Part shown: positions 19,810 to 28,782 of the stretch, one piece after another
How the letters are laid out: every line of letters starts with the position of its first letter
Numbering within the stretch: the stretch's first letter is position 1
Source: Candidatus Woesearchaeota archaeon
Lineage (GTDB): Archaea; Nanobdellota; Nanobdellia; Woesearchaeales; GW2011-AR9
Direction of reading: 5' to 3'
NCBI GenBank assembly: GCA_018655525.1
Contig: JABIJM010000030.1
Coordinates: 28,083 to 92,082, forward strand
Length of the DNA: 64,000 bases
Program-made: the position numbers and the translations under genes
The notes under the pieces: model-generated
What the model was told of the DNA's origin: nothing
The model's database searches: none
The model's input: only the letters and a program-made list of their open reading frames with translations

Positions 19810-21066
19810 TTATAAAAATTGTGAAAGAATTCCTAATGCAAAAAGAAGAATTAATACAATTCCAAGAATTTTATGTTTGCCCATTTGGTACTCTGGTTTC
19901 CGTTCTCCAAGCCTTTTGACTTTCCAATACATCAGGATTACAAGTATCGCATCCAATCCACCAGCGAATGCACCAGTTAATCCTAATATCGCAATAAAAC
20001 TTGTAACATCAAACAACACAATAATTAAAGGAACAAGAAAAGCAAGTGCTAAAGCATATGTTCTTTTAAGATTATAATCTAAATGATACATATCAACTAA
20101 TGCTAAACCTAATGTTAAAAACGAGGTAAACATTGCAAGTACTGCAAGAAGGTTTGCAAATAATCCAAGAATAGGATTTGTATAAATGCTTAATGCAACA
20201 GTTGCGATTCTTTGATTCGCTTCAAGAAGTGAAAAATTTTGGAACCCAATAGATCCAACAACAATAAATGTGAAAATGATGTAAAGTAAGATAGGTGTTA
20301 AAGATCCGAAAATGATTGCCTTTTTCATTTTCTTTCTATCTTTATCAAAGATCTGACGAATTTCAGGAATTGCGGGCGATCCCATTAATGCAAATAAAAT
20401 CACTCCATATGGTGCAATGAAGATTCCAATATTAGAAAACAACACATTTTTGATTGATCCTAAAAATGCCATAAATCCAGATCCAAATAAAGATCCTGCA
20501 AGATTCATAAAAATAGTCGTGTCAATTCCTAAAAGGTTAGTTAATTGAATTTTATCATAGGATAATAAACCAATAATCCCTACAACAACAAATAAAAGAC
20601 TAATTAAAATTAATTCCATGGTGCCTGTAGCTTTAACTCCCCTTGAAATAATTATAAAAGTTACAACAAAGAAGATTAAAGTATAATACAAAGGTTCACC
20701 CCAACCAAAAATAGAATGTAATGTTGCACCTTCTCCAATAAGATATGCAATTAATGCACCATAGCCATTAATGAGCAAAGAAACCATCATAAAACGTTTC
20801 CCTGTTTTTCCCAAATATTTTTCTGCATAACCTGTTAATTGATGAGGTTTTTTTGTCCTTAAAACAATCTCTCCTAGAAAAAGATTTAACATCAAAAATG
20901 CAAGACCTAATACAATAATTAAAAATGAACCATAGACAAAACCAACTTGAGAGATCACAAAAGGAATTCCCAACATTCCTGCACCTACGATGGTACCAAT
21001 TAATGTTGTAATTGCCATCAAAAACTTTTTGTTAGCAAGAACTGGATTTAGTTCACCCTTTTTCAT
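19810..21066 (-). CDS. Amino-acid permease family (APC-like) transporter, about 12 TM
   Basis: 418 aa, hydrophobic throughout, with Gly-rich TM1 (GTIVGAGMLGIPF) typical of APC-family amino-acid permeases. Confidence 0.55.
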   Translation of the reverse strand: MKKGELNPVLANKKFLMAITTLIGTIVGAGMLGIPFVISQVGFVYGSFLIIVLGLAFLMLNLFLGEIVLRTKKPHQLTGYAEKYLGKTGKRFMMVSLLINGYGALIAYLIGEGATLHSIFGWGEPLYYTLIFFVVTFIIISRGVKATGTMELILISLLFVVVGIIGLLSYDKIQLTNLLGIDTTIFMNLAGSLFGSGFMAFLGSIKNVLFSNIGIFIAPYGVILFALMGSPAIPEIRQIFDKDRKKMKKAIIFGSLTPILLYIIFTFIVVGSIGFQNFSLLEANQRIATVALSIYTNPILGLFANLLAVLAMFTSFLTLGLALVDMYHLDYNLKRTYALALAFLVPLIIVLFDVTSFIAILGLTGAFAGGLDAILVILMYWKVKRLGERKPEYQMGKHKILGIVLILLFALGILSQFL

Positions 21067-21114
21067 ATACTAAAGAAGATATTTTATGTTTATATATCTG
21101 TTGGAAAAATAAGA

Positions 21115-21146
21115 GCACTCCCCACACTCGACAAGTACGGACAAGG
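21115..21146 (-). promoter_or_regulatory. Operator-like motif CCTTGTCCGTACTTGTCGAGTGTGGGGAGTGC (minus-strand reading), immediately downstream of a TTAAATA box and about 50 nt upstream of the permease start
   Basis: 26/32 identical to 63489..63520 in the same orientation relative to its gene. It contains direct CTTGT repeats spaced about 10 nt apart. Confidence 0.5.
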
Positions 21147-21159
21147 TATTTAAGTAATC

Positions 21160-21864
21160 TTGATTTTTATTTTTAAGACACTCCAATCTTTTGTATTGCG
21201 AAAAGATGAGAGGTCAACGAAAATGAAAAATAAAGAGACATTAGCTGAAATCATTGGAATAATGCTTGGAGATGGTTGTTTGTACAAAGGACACGGATCA
21301 TATCAAACAATAATTACTTCTGGAAAAAATGAAAGAGAGTGGATAATGTATGTTAAAAATTTATTTGAAAACTATTTTGAGAAAACATTTAAAATTGTTG
21401 AAATCAAGTATGGGATTCAAGCAAAATGTCATTCAAAGGAAATTTTAGAGAAATTTTTAGAGGTGGGATTATGTCATGGAAATAAAGTCCATAATAAAGT
21501 CACGATCCCACCCTGGTTATTTCTTAAGAGAAAGTATTTAATTAAAACTGTTCAAGGTTTATTTGATACAGACGGTTGTGTTTATAATAAATATGGGAAA
21601 TATGCTCAAATTGAATTTAAATTTGGTTGTGAAGAAACAACAATATCTGTTTGTAACGCCGTAAGTAATTTGGGTTTTAATACTACAAAAGTTCAAAAAC
21701 AATATAATAATGCAACAGGCAAATATAGGTGGAGATTCTACTTATGTAGACAAAAAGAGATTGATTTATTTTTTGATATAATTAAACCAAAAAATTCTAA
21801 ACATATTGAAAGATATAAAAAAATAAGAAGTGGGGATACTGGGACTTTCAAATGGAAACGTTAA
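21160..21864 (+). CDS. LAGLIDADG homing endonuclease (double-motif; probable start at ATG 21223, MKNKETLAEIIGIMLGDGCL)
   Basis: Two LAGLIDADG motifs (IIGIMLGDGCL; VQGLFDTDGCVY). Paralog of 52946..53662. Confidence 0.7.
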   Translation: MIFIFKTLQSFVLRKDERSTKMKNKETLAEIIGIMLGDGCLYKGHGSYQTIITSGKNEREWIMYVKNLFENYFEKTFKIVEIKYGIQAKCHSKEILEKFLEVGLCHGNKVHNKVTIPPWLFLKRKYLIKTVQGLFDTDGCVYNKYGKYAQIEFKFGCEETTISVCNAVSNLGFNTTKVQKQYNNATGKYRWRFYLCRQKEIDLFFDIIKPKNSKHIERYKKIRSGDTGTFKWKR

Positions 21865-22082
21865 AAGTTTTCAAACGTTAATATCCATATTTGAACCCAG
21901 ATCTAAAGCTTGCTTCAAGGGAAGTTTATCATCGCCGAAGCTCAACATTCCATTACTGGAGGCTCCTATTCTACCAAGTTATACTATATCCCCACTACAG
22001 GAACAAAAGACACGCTCTCTTTTATTAAAGTTTCTCTTAAATTAACAATAAACATAAAAACAACGCCCTTATCTCAAAGAAC

Positions 22083-23189
22083 ATGATAGAATTAGATGGC
22101 GCATATTTGGAAGGCGGCGGAGCCTTAGTGAGAGTGGCGTTAGCTCTTTCAACAATCACAGGCCAACCTTTCAAAGTTACAAACATCCGTGCAGGAAGAC
22201 CAAAACCAGGATTAAAAGCGCAACATCTTACATCAATCAACACGTTAAAAGAATTATGTGATGCAAAGACTTCTGAAGTAAAGCTAGGAACAACTGAATT
22301 CTGGTACCATCCTAAAACTATTAAAAAAGGTAAGTTTGAGGTAGACATTGGTACGGCAGGTTCAATTTCTCTTCTACTTCAAGCATTAATGCTCCCTTCA
22401 TTATTCGCACCTGGAAAAGTAACTCTTACAATTAAAGGAGGAACATGTGGGAAATGGCAAGCCTCTGTAGATTACTTACAAAACATTTTACTCCCATATT
22501 TAAACAGATTTGTAGATTCCATTGAGATGAAAATCTTGAAGCGAGGATATTATCCAAAAGGTGGTGGAGAAATTCTTTTAGAGATACGACCACGATTTCA
22601 CATCAAAGAATTTGAAAATTTTAATTTATTTATGGAAGAGCTCCAATTCAAAACTCCACCAGTTACATTAATTGAACAAGGAAAATTGGAACAAATACGA
22701 GGCGTCATTAATGTTTCTTTAGAATTACAAGAAAAAGAAGTAGGTGATCGTATTAAGAGAATGATGGAATCAGTATTGAAGACCTATGAAGTTCCAATAA
22801 ACATTAGGGATGAATACGTAAATGCACGAAGTATTGGCGGGGAAACAGTTGTGTGGGCATTATTTAGTAAAGAAGGACAGATGGATTATGACAATCCAAT
22901 TATCCTTGGTGCAAGTGCATTAATTGAACCAGGAAGATCCTCAGAGGAGATTGGAAAAGAAGCAGCGAATAAATTAAAAGAACATATTAATTCAGAAACC
23001 GCAGTTGAGGAACATCTTGCAGACCAACTAATTCAATTCATGGGGTTAAGATTAGATTCAAAAATTAAAGTTGAAGAGATTACAAATCATACGAAAACAA
23101 ATATTTATGTTGCAGAAAAATTCTTACCAATTGGATTTAAGGTTGAAAAGAATATGATTAGTGTAGAATCTTCCTCAGAATCTCATTAA
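22083..23189 (+). CDS. rtcA: RNA 3'-terminal phosphate cyclase
   Basis: LDGAYLEGGGALVRVALALSTITGQPFKVTNIRAGRPKPGLKAQHL matches the RtcA N-terminal signature. 368 aa. Confidence 0.8.
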   Translation: MIELDGAYLEGGGALVRVALALSTITGQPFKVTNIRAGRPKPGLKAQHLTSINTLKELCDAKTSEVKLGTTEFWYHPKTIKKGKFEVDIGTAGSISLLLQALMLPSLFAPGKVTLTIKGGTCGKWQASVDYLQNILLPYLNRFVDSIEMKILKRGYYPKGGGEILLEIRPRFHIKEFENFNLFMEELQFKTPPVTLIEQGKLEQIRGVINVSLELQEKEVGDRIKRMMESVLKTYEVPINIRDEYVNARSIGGETVVWALFSKEGQMDYDNPIILGASALIEPGRSSEEIGKEAANKLKEHINSETAVEEHLADQLIQFMGLRLDSKIKVEEITNHTKTNIYVAEKFLPIGFKVEKNMISVESSSESH

Positions 23190-23982
23190 CTTCTTCAAAA
23201 CTTCCATCTTCTGTAATCACAACATCAAATTTCTCAGAATATGCACCTAACAACTCTTCTATTTTATCATTAAGAAAACCAATACGAATTACTTCGTCAT
23301 GATTCATTCCTTCTGTCATACCTAAATCTCCTAAACTATCTCCAAGTAAAATGACATTTGATTTTTTTGTTATTTCTTTTTGATATGGCGTAGAAGAAAT
23401 TTCATATTCATTCTTATTGAATGTATGTACATAATGTTCTGGAATTTCTTTAATTTTTCCATCTTCACTGAACGTAAAGAAATTCGCAACAAGATGAACA
23501 TTTGGTTTCATTAAATTCTCGGATTTTAAATATAATTCAATTAGATTACCAAAGCCAGCTGAGAAAATTAAAATTGGAACATCACCTAATAATGTGAAAA
23601 AATCTTCTGCACCAGAACGTAATTCTAATTTTCCTTTACTAATAACATCTTCCAACACACCCTGGTTCATTCCAGAATTCCACATTAATTCCCAATGTTC
23701 TTTCCACCATTGATCCATATATTTCTTCTTTTTATCTAAAGAAATTGTATTTGAAATTTCATAAGGATGATATTTATCAAAAAGAGCGTATGCTTGTTTT
23801 ACATAGTCAGGAGAAAGGTAATTTCCTTCACGAATTAAAGAATATGAAGAAAGAACTTTTTTTCCTTGAACAAACGCTTTTGTAAGAGTTTTATCAAAAT
23901 CAGAAACAACATGAAAATTATCTTTATTGAATTTTCCTAACTTTCGTTTTAGTTCTTCTGGATTTTGAATATATAGTGCCAT
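23158..23982 (-). CDS. HAD-superfamily hydrolase, pyrimidine 5'-nucleotidase (cN-III)-like
   Basis: HAD motif I VVSDFDKTLT, later ILLGDSLGD (motif IV-like). Size and cap are consistent with the cN-III family. Confidence 0.5.
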   Translation of the reverse strand: MALYIQNPEELKRKLGKFNKDNFHVVSDFDKTLTKAFVQGKKVLSSYSLIREGNYLSPDYVKQAYALFDKYHPYEISNTISLDKKKKYMDQWWKEHWELMWNSGMNQGVLEDVISKGKLELRSGAEDFFTLLGDVPILIFSAGFGNLIELYLKSENLMKPNVHLVANFFTFSEDGKIKEIPEHYVHTFNKNEYEISSTPYQKEITKKSNVILLGDSLGDLGMTEGMNHDEVIRIGFLNDKIEELLGAYSEKFDVVITEDGSFEEVNEILRKILH

Positions 23983-24014
23983 AACTTAATGGAGAAGTCA
24001 TTTCTTTATAAAAT

Positions 24015-24647
24015 CTAAGGAGCTGTACTTCCTGGGATAAGATAATTCATGGGACAACAATTATTCCTCCCCATTTTCTTAACATCATATAGACCTTTAT
24101 CCGCAGAAACAATCATTCTATTTGCCATTTCTTCACGCTCAGTAGAAGAACCCAAATCAATTTTGGGTGTAAGTTTCCCATAAGAATCAACATCTAACGT
24201 TGAAATTCCTGCACTAAAGGTTATTCCTCTCGTAACACCTTCTTTTGGATTAAAAACAACTTTCTTAAAAGCCCAATGTAATCGCTGAAATGTTGCCAAT
24301 GCATTTTCAAAGTTAGTTTCAGGCATAATAATCCCAAACTCTTCTCCCCCATATCGTGCAAAAAGGTCTGTAGCCCTAAGGTGTTTTGAATAGAAATCCG
24401 CTGCCTTTTTAATAACATAATCACCTTCCAAATGACCAAAATTATCATTGTAAGCTTTAAAATTATCAATATCCATCATTGCCAAAGATAAAGGATGTTT
24501 TGATCTATCAAATAACGCAATGTGATATTGTAATTGATCAATAAATGTTCCTTTATTTGCAACTCTCGTCATAGAATCTGTAATTGCCATAGATCTAAAC
24601 TCACTATTAATTAATGCCATTTCAACTCTTGCCAACAAAGAGTCCAT
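24015..24647 (-). CDS. GGDEF domain protein (diguanylate cyclase-like) with an intact GGEEF active site and RxxD I-site
   Basis: ITDSMTRVANKGTF, MMDIDNFKAYNDNFGHLEGD, LRATDLFARYGGEEFGIIMP, ADKGLYDVKKMGRNN. The N-terminus (LLARVEMAL) looks like the last helix of a receiver domain. Confidence 0.75.
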   Translation of the reverse strand: MDSLLARVEMALINSEFRSMAITDSMTRVANKGTFIDQLQYHIALFDRSKHPLSLAMMDIDNFKAYNDNFGHLEGDYVIKKAADFYSKHLRATDLFARYGGEEFGIIMPETNFENALATFQRLHWAFKKVVFNPKEGVTRGITFSAGISTLDVDSYGKLTPKIDLGSSTEREEMANRMIVSADKGLYDVKKMGRNNCCPMNYLIPGSTAP

Positions 24648-24649
24648 AT

Positions 24650-24940
24650 TTAGAGGTTTCTCATTAAATCTAGTCCATCACGAGGAGTTTTACCAAGATT
24701 TAAATCCATTAAAATGAGATGAGGCTCTGTTTTTTCTAAAAGTTGTTCTAATTCGGGAGCAGAAGAAGCAGTGTATAAACGTTCATATCCTGCACTTTTT
24801 AAAACCAATTCTGTAGTTCTTTGAACAGAAGGTTCGTCATCTACAATAATAATACTATAAAATGGTTTATCTTCAGGAGGAATTCTTTTTGGTCTTACCG
24901 TTGATTTTCCATTATTGTGAATGATATCCATAGCTGCCAT
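24650..24940 (-). CDS. Response-regulator receiver domain, truncated (beta1-beta3 only), immediately upstream of the GGDEF ORF
   Basis: IIIVDDEPSV acidic pocket and LILMDLNLG phospho-acceptor Asp. Stops after about 96 aa. TAA-AT-ATG junction with the GGDEF ORF. Confidence 0.6.
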   Translation of the reverse strand: MAAMDIIHNNGKSTVRPKRIPPEDKPFYSIIIVDDEPSVQRTTELVLKSAGYERLYTASSAPELEQLLEKTEPHLILMDLNLGKTPRDGLDLMRNL

Positions 24941-25067
24941 ATAATATTTTGAGAGGTGACCCTATAAAAAGATTATTGTGAAAAAGTGGATATAACACCT
25001 CCAAAGAATAGTGTCCTGAACTATCCTTGCGGAAAACTTTATAAACAGACCTAATCTCAAATGCAAA

Positions 25068-25235
25068 ATGGAAGAAAAAAAATGTTCATCTTGTAAAAGA
25101 AAAGTTGTCAATGACAAAGGTAGCGTAACATTCAAATGTCCGCAATGTAATGATGTAGAAGTCGTACGTTGTACTGAATGTAGAGCAAACGCAGTGAAAT
25201 ACAATTGTGGTTGTGGCTTTATTGGACCAAATTAA
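25068..25235 (+). CDS. Small Zn-ribbon protein (COG2888-like) conserved upstream of aEF-1beta. Absent from the ORF track
   Basis: MEEKKCSSCKRKVVNDKGSVTFKCPQCNDVEVVRCTECRANAVKYNCGCGFIGPN. Four CxxC pairs. 12 nt before ef1b. Confidence 0.6.
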   Translation: MEEKKCSSCKRKVVNDKGSVTFKCPQCNDVEVVRCTECRANAVKYNCGCGFIGPN

Positions 25236-25247
25236 GAGGATAATAAA

Positions 25248-25526
25248 ATGGGAAAAGCAGTAGTTACATTTAAAATAATGCCAGAAGGTGTAGAAGTAGA
25301 CTTAGGGCCAATTAAAGAAAAAGCAGAAAAAATTGCACGTGATGCAGGCGCAATTGGTCAGATGCAAGTAAAAGAAGATCCAATCGCATTTGGATTAAAA
25401 GCAGTTCTTGTTCTTGGCATGTATGAAGTAGAAGGTTCAGATTTTGAAAAAGTTGCAGAAGAAATGCAAAAAATTGAACACGTACAATCCGCAGAAATTG
25501 CAAAAATGGATCTTGCTTTAGGTTAG
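25248..25526 (+). CDS. ef1b: Translation elongation factor aEF-1 beta
   Basis: KIMPEGVEVDLGPIKEKAEKI...EDPIAFGLKAVLVLGMYEVEGSDFEKVAEEMQKIEHVQSAEI matches archaeal EF-1beta throughout. 92 aa. Confidence 0.85.
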   Translation: MGKAVVTFKIMPEGVEVDLGPIKEKAEKIARDAGAIGQMQVKEDPIAFGLKAVLVLGMYEVEGSDFEKVAEEMQKIEHVQSAEIAKMDLALG

Positions 25527-25593
25527 ATCTTTAGTTAATTTTTTATACTTCTTTTTATTATTACTTCTTATTCATAGTTTATGAATAAAAGAG

Positions 25594-25848
25594 GTGATTA
25601 ATTTGGCAAAACGTAAAGCTAAAAAAAGTGTAGTGAAAACTGCAAGTAAAAAATGTTCTTGGGGAAATTGTTCTGGATCTGATTGGTTTGGAACATTAAT
25701 CGCTGAAGCAGCAATCTATGGTTTCTTCTATTGTGGATTAAAATTCTTAGAATCTACAGGAAACTTATGGTGGAATGCATTAGTACTATTCGTGTTAGTA
25801 AATGTCGCATGGTTTGCATGCCCAGTTGTAAAAAAACATTTCTATTAA
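25594..25848 (+). CDS. Small membrane protein of the (M)AKRKxKK family. The probable start is the in-frame TTG at 25603
   Basis: Basic N-terminus AKRKAKKS then two hydrophobic segments. The upstream AAAAGAGGTGATTAAT is nearly identical to the region upstream of 59008. Confidence 0.45.
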   Translation: MINLAKRKAKKSVVKTASKKCSWGNCSGSDWFGTLIAEAAIYGFFYCGLKFLESTGNLWWNALVLFVLVNVAWFACPVVKKHFY

Positions 25849-25853
25849 TTTTT

Positions 25854-26219
25854 TTATTTATTTTTTATTGTATCTTTTTTAAATTCTAAAGCACCAGAAT
25901 TAACACAATACCTTTTCCCAGAGGGTTTAGGACCATCATCAAACAAATGTCCAAGATGTCCACCACATTTTTTACACACAACTTCTATTCGTTCCATTCC
26001 TAAACTAGTATCTTCATTCAACCCAACATTCTTTGCATCATGGAAACTTGGCCATCCACTTCCAGAATCAAATTTTGTATCTGAAGAAAACAATTCTGTG
26101 CCACATTGTGCACATTGATAGATGCCTTTTTCTTTATTGTGAAGAAGTTTTCCTGTTCCAGGAGCTTCCGTTCCTTTGTCAATCAGAATATGTTTTTGTT
26201 CAGTGGTTAATTTCTTCAT
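25854..26219 (-). CDS. msrB: Peptide methionine-(R)-sulfoxide reductase
   Basis: [11 protein letters not shown]...GWPSF...[16 protein letters not shown]...RYCVNS matches the MsrB SelR domain with both Zn CxxC pairs. Confidence 0.9.
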   Translation of the reverse strand: MKKLTTEQKHILIDKGTEAPGTGKLLHNKEKGIYQCAQCGTELFSSDTKFDSGSGWPSFHDAKNVGLNEDTSLGMERIEVVCKKCGGHLGHLFDDGPKPSGKRYCVNSGALEFKKDTIKNK

Positions 26220-27271
26220 GATTTAAGTAAACCAATAACTTCCTTTAAACTTTTCCCTGTTTTCACACCAGTCAAACTAAAATGTGTACGTGTTCCTTTC
26301 AGTTTCTTCAAAGTTTCCTGCATATTAGGTGTTTGTAATTTGTACTTGCTTCCAACCACATTTAAATCATAGAACCCAAAAATATCTTTTTCATCCCTTA
26401 TTGTTTCAAGAAATTTTTGTTCTTCAGGAAATGAAACCTTACACATCTTATCAACCAATTTCTTATCTTTCAGTTTTCCAATCCACAATGGTCCAATATA
26501 ATCAAAACCTTTCTCTAAATTAAACCGAGAAGTTTTGAATTCAAGTGTTTTTGGATTGTACAAAAGATAGTGATGTTGTTTTAGAAGAGCATCACATTTT
26601 TCTTTACCCTTCTCTGAAATAAAATACACACGGAAATAATGGTCTTTGTGATAACTGAGGATTGGGATTAACGCTTTATCAAACTGAATACCTTGCAGTT
26701 GCACTTTTCTAATTAAAATTCTAAGACCAATTTCATGCATCATATAATTTTTAATATTCCGGCCCCAATACTTTCTCTGCGTTACTTTAGGATATGTTCC
26801 TGTTAATGCAGCTGTGTCTGTAGAGGTGATTGCAAGAATACCACCTTTAGAAATTGCCTGTACTGCTGAAGGTAAAAATGGATTTGGGCTCCCAAATGGG
26901 TCCACATCAATATAATCCAATTTCTTTTGTTTAAATAAGAATTGTGAAGCATCCTCATTAAAGATTTTGATTTTTGTAAATTTAAGATTATTTGATTTTA
27001 GTGCATTATTAAATTTTTTCTTAAAATTCTCCTTAAAATCATTCACAAACAATTTTTCAATATTCTTAACTTCCTTCAAAAAACGTAACGCACGAATTCC
27101 AGACCCCGCTAATGGTAACGCAAGGTTCAACTTCTTCTTCCCAAGTGCATTAAGTAATGTGATTGAAATGTTTCTATTAGAAACCATGAGAGGATTGTAA
27201 AATACATCCATTTCTCTAGAAACCTTTTTAGGAAGCTTTACATTCAGTGTAATGTCGTGTTCTGTGATCAT
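26216..27271 (-). CDS. trm1: tRNA (guanine26-N2)-dimethyltransferase
   Basis: [69 protein letters not shown] all follow the archaeal Trm1 pattern. Confidence 0.8.
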   Translation of the reverse strand: MITEHDITLNVKLPKKVSREMDVFYNPLMVSNRNISITLLNALGKKKLNLALPLAGSGIRALRFLKEVKNIEKLFVNDFKENFKKKFNNALKSNNLKFTKIKIFNEDASQFLFKQKKLDYIDVDPFGSPNPFLPSAVQAISKGGILAITSTDTAALTGTYPKVTQRKYWGRNIKNYMMHEIGLRILIRKVQLQGIQFDKALIPILSYHKDHYFRVYFISEKGKEKCDALLKQHHYLLYNPKTLEFKTSRFNLEKGFDYIGPLWIGKLKDKKLVDKMCKVSFPEEQKFLETIRDEKDIFGFYDLNVVGSKYKLQTPNMQETLKKLKGTRTHFSLTGVKTGKSLKEVIGLLKS

Positions 27272-27303
27272 AATAAGAATAAAATAAAAGAAGTAATTAA
27301 GGT

Positions 27304-28197
27304 TTATGGTTTGACAATTATTTCAGTCTTTTCAGTTTCATACTTATTAAAGCCAGTAGAATCACTTTGGAAATTAACACCCATATTATTTTGCCAATCA
27401 TTAGATGGAAAATAAACTTCAACAGAAGCGCCTAAACCCCTACAAGCAGCTCCTTCCATCGTAGTTCCAAAATTTCTGACTAAATTAACAATATCAAGAT
27501 CTGCTGCAATAATCGCGACTTTGCTTGGTTGTTTCTTTAATGCAGATTGGTATGAAAAATCTATAGCTCGGCCAACTAATTCAGCATCAGCAAATGAAGG
27601 ACGTGCTGTGACTGCGGTCATCCTTTTCTGAAACTTCCCTTCATAAGGTCTATGGAGTGTAGATTCACGTAAAAATTTTGGAAAATCAATTTTTTCAAGT
27701 GGTGTGTAAGGAGTTAAACGTTGTCTTAACAATTGATAAATTGATTGATGAAATTCAATTATTTCCTCAAGAAGCACAAATTCATCATAAGAGGAATGAG
27801 GATGAGATTTGGGATTATGTGTTGCGTCCTGAAGAAGATAAATATATTGATCATATTCCGAAATAATCTTAGGAGAAGTGACAATATTCTCATAGACCTC
27901 AATTGTTTCTAAGAATGATTTTGTATGGTCATGCTGTTGTTGAAGACGAGACCCATCAGGAAATCCCCACCCGTTACTTGATCCCCATCTGTTGCTAGTC
28001 CCAAAGTCGTCAGGAGATTTCTGTTCCATACCATGACGAAGATAATCCAAATATGATTGCATAGGAGCACCATAATCCCTACTTAAAACACTATTATCCA
28101 AATAAATCCTAGACATATCCTTAGCAAGAACATCTAAAGTTGTTTGAGGAAGATCTTCTTGAACAACTTCCCGAGTTTGAATCTTAACATGAACCAT
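27304..28197 (-). CDS. Hypothetical protein
   Basis: 297-aa ORF. No family recognised. Confidence 0.35.
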   Translation of the reverse strand: MVHVKIQTREVVQEDLPQTTLDVLAKDMSRIYLDNSVLSRDYGAPMQSYLDYLRHGMEQKSPDDFGTSNRWGSSNGWGFPDGSRLQQQHDHTKSFLETIEVYENIVTSPKIISEYDQYIYLLQDATHNPKSHPHSSYDEFVLLEEIIEFHQSIYQLLRQRLTPYTPLEKIDFPKFLRESTLHRPYEGKFQKRMTAVTARPSFADAELVGRAIDFSYQSALKKQPSKVAIIAADLDIVNLVRNFGTTMEGAACRGLGASVEVYFPSNDWQNNMGVNFQSDSTGFNKYETEKTEIIVKP

Positions 28198-28263
28198 ATT
28201 TTATTGATAAAGGGAGTTATTTATATTGGTATTGGTATAAAATAACTATTCTTTGATACATAT

Positions 28264-28710
28264 TCAATCTACAATAAAATGATTATTTTCCTCGTTGCTT
28301 TCTGGAACGTGATTTAATCCATCAACAAGTATACTCAAATCCTGACAATTTTTGTTTGAAACATTACTATTTTCCAAAACAACATAAATAGATTCTCTCC
28401 CATAAGAACCAAAAGGTGATGCAATATTGTGTGTATGGACAGAATTAAATTTCTTTCCACCATTGCCAAAATGGTGAATGGTTTGTACATCAAAAGGGAC
28501 ATATATTGCATTTGGCGAATTGTTTACAACATCAAAATGAAAATGGTATTTGGTAGTTTGATTTCCATCCTCTCTCTCAAAATGAACCAGTTCTATTCCT
28601 AAATCAGGAAGACCAACAGAACTTTGAGGTTCAGACTCACAAGCATAAAGCGAACATGCAAGGGCAATCCCTGTAATTACCTTTCTTAATATCACGAGTG
28701 ATATGCACAA
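28264..28710 (-). CDS. Small secreted or membrane-anchored hypothetical protein
   Basis: N-terminal hydrophobic segment VITGIALACSLYAC then a His-rich domain (HFHFDV, HHFGNGG). Confidence 0.35.
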   Translation of the reverse strand: MCISLVILRKVITGIALACSLYACESEPQSSVGLPDLGIELVHFEREDGNQTTKYHFHFDVVNNSPNAIYVPFDVQTIHHFGNGGKKFNSVHTHNIASPFGSYGRESIYVVLENSNVSNKNCQDLSILVDGLNHVPESNEENNHFIVD

Positions 28711-28782
28711 TAAACCCTACTTAAAGATTTCTTTAGAAGAGAATACAGATAAACTTAAAAAGAACCTTAAAAAATATTATTT

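Noticed and set aside
24221-24469. 82-aa ORF inside the GGDEF gene (same strand, other frame), and 24962..25204 / 25312..25503 ORFs near ef1b
   Set aside because: They are overlapped by genes with strong family signatures. Leu/Phe-rich, frame-shadow compositions.
28264-28710. Lipobox call for ALAC/LYAC in this small secreted protein
   Set aside because: The -3 and -2 positions (A-L-A-C / L-Y-A-C) do not fit [LVI][ASTVIGM][GAS]C. Kept as a generic secreted protein.
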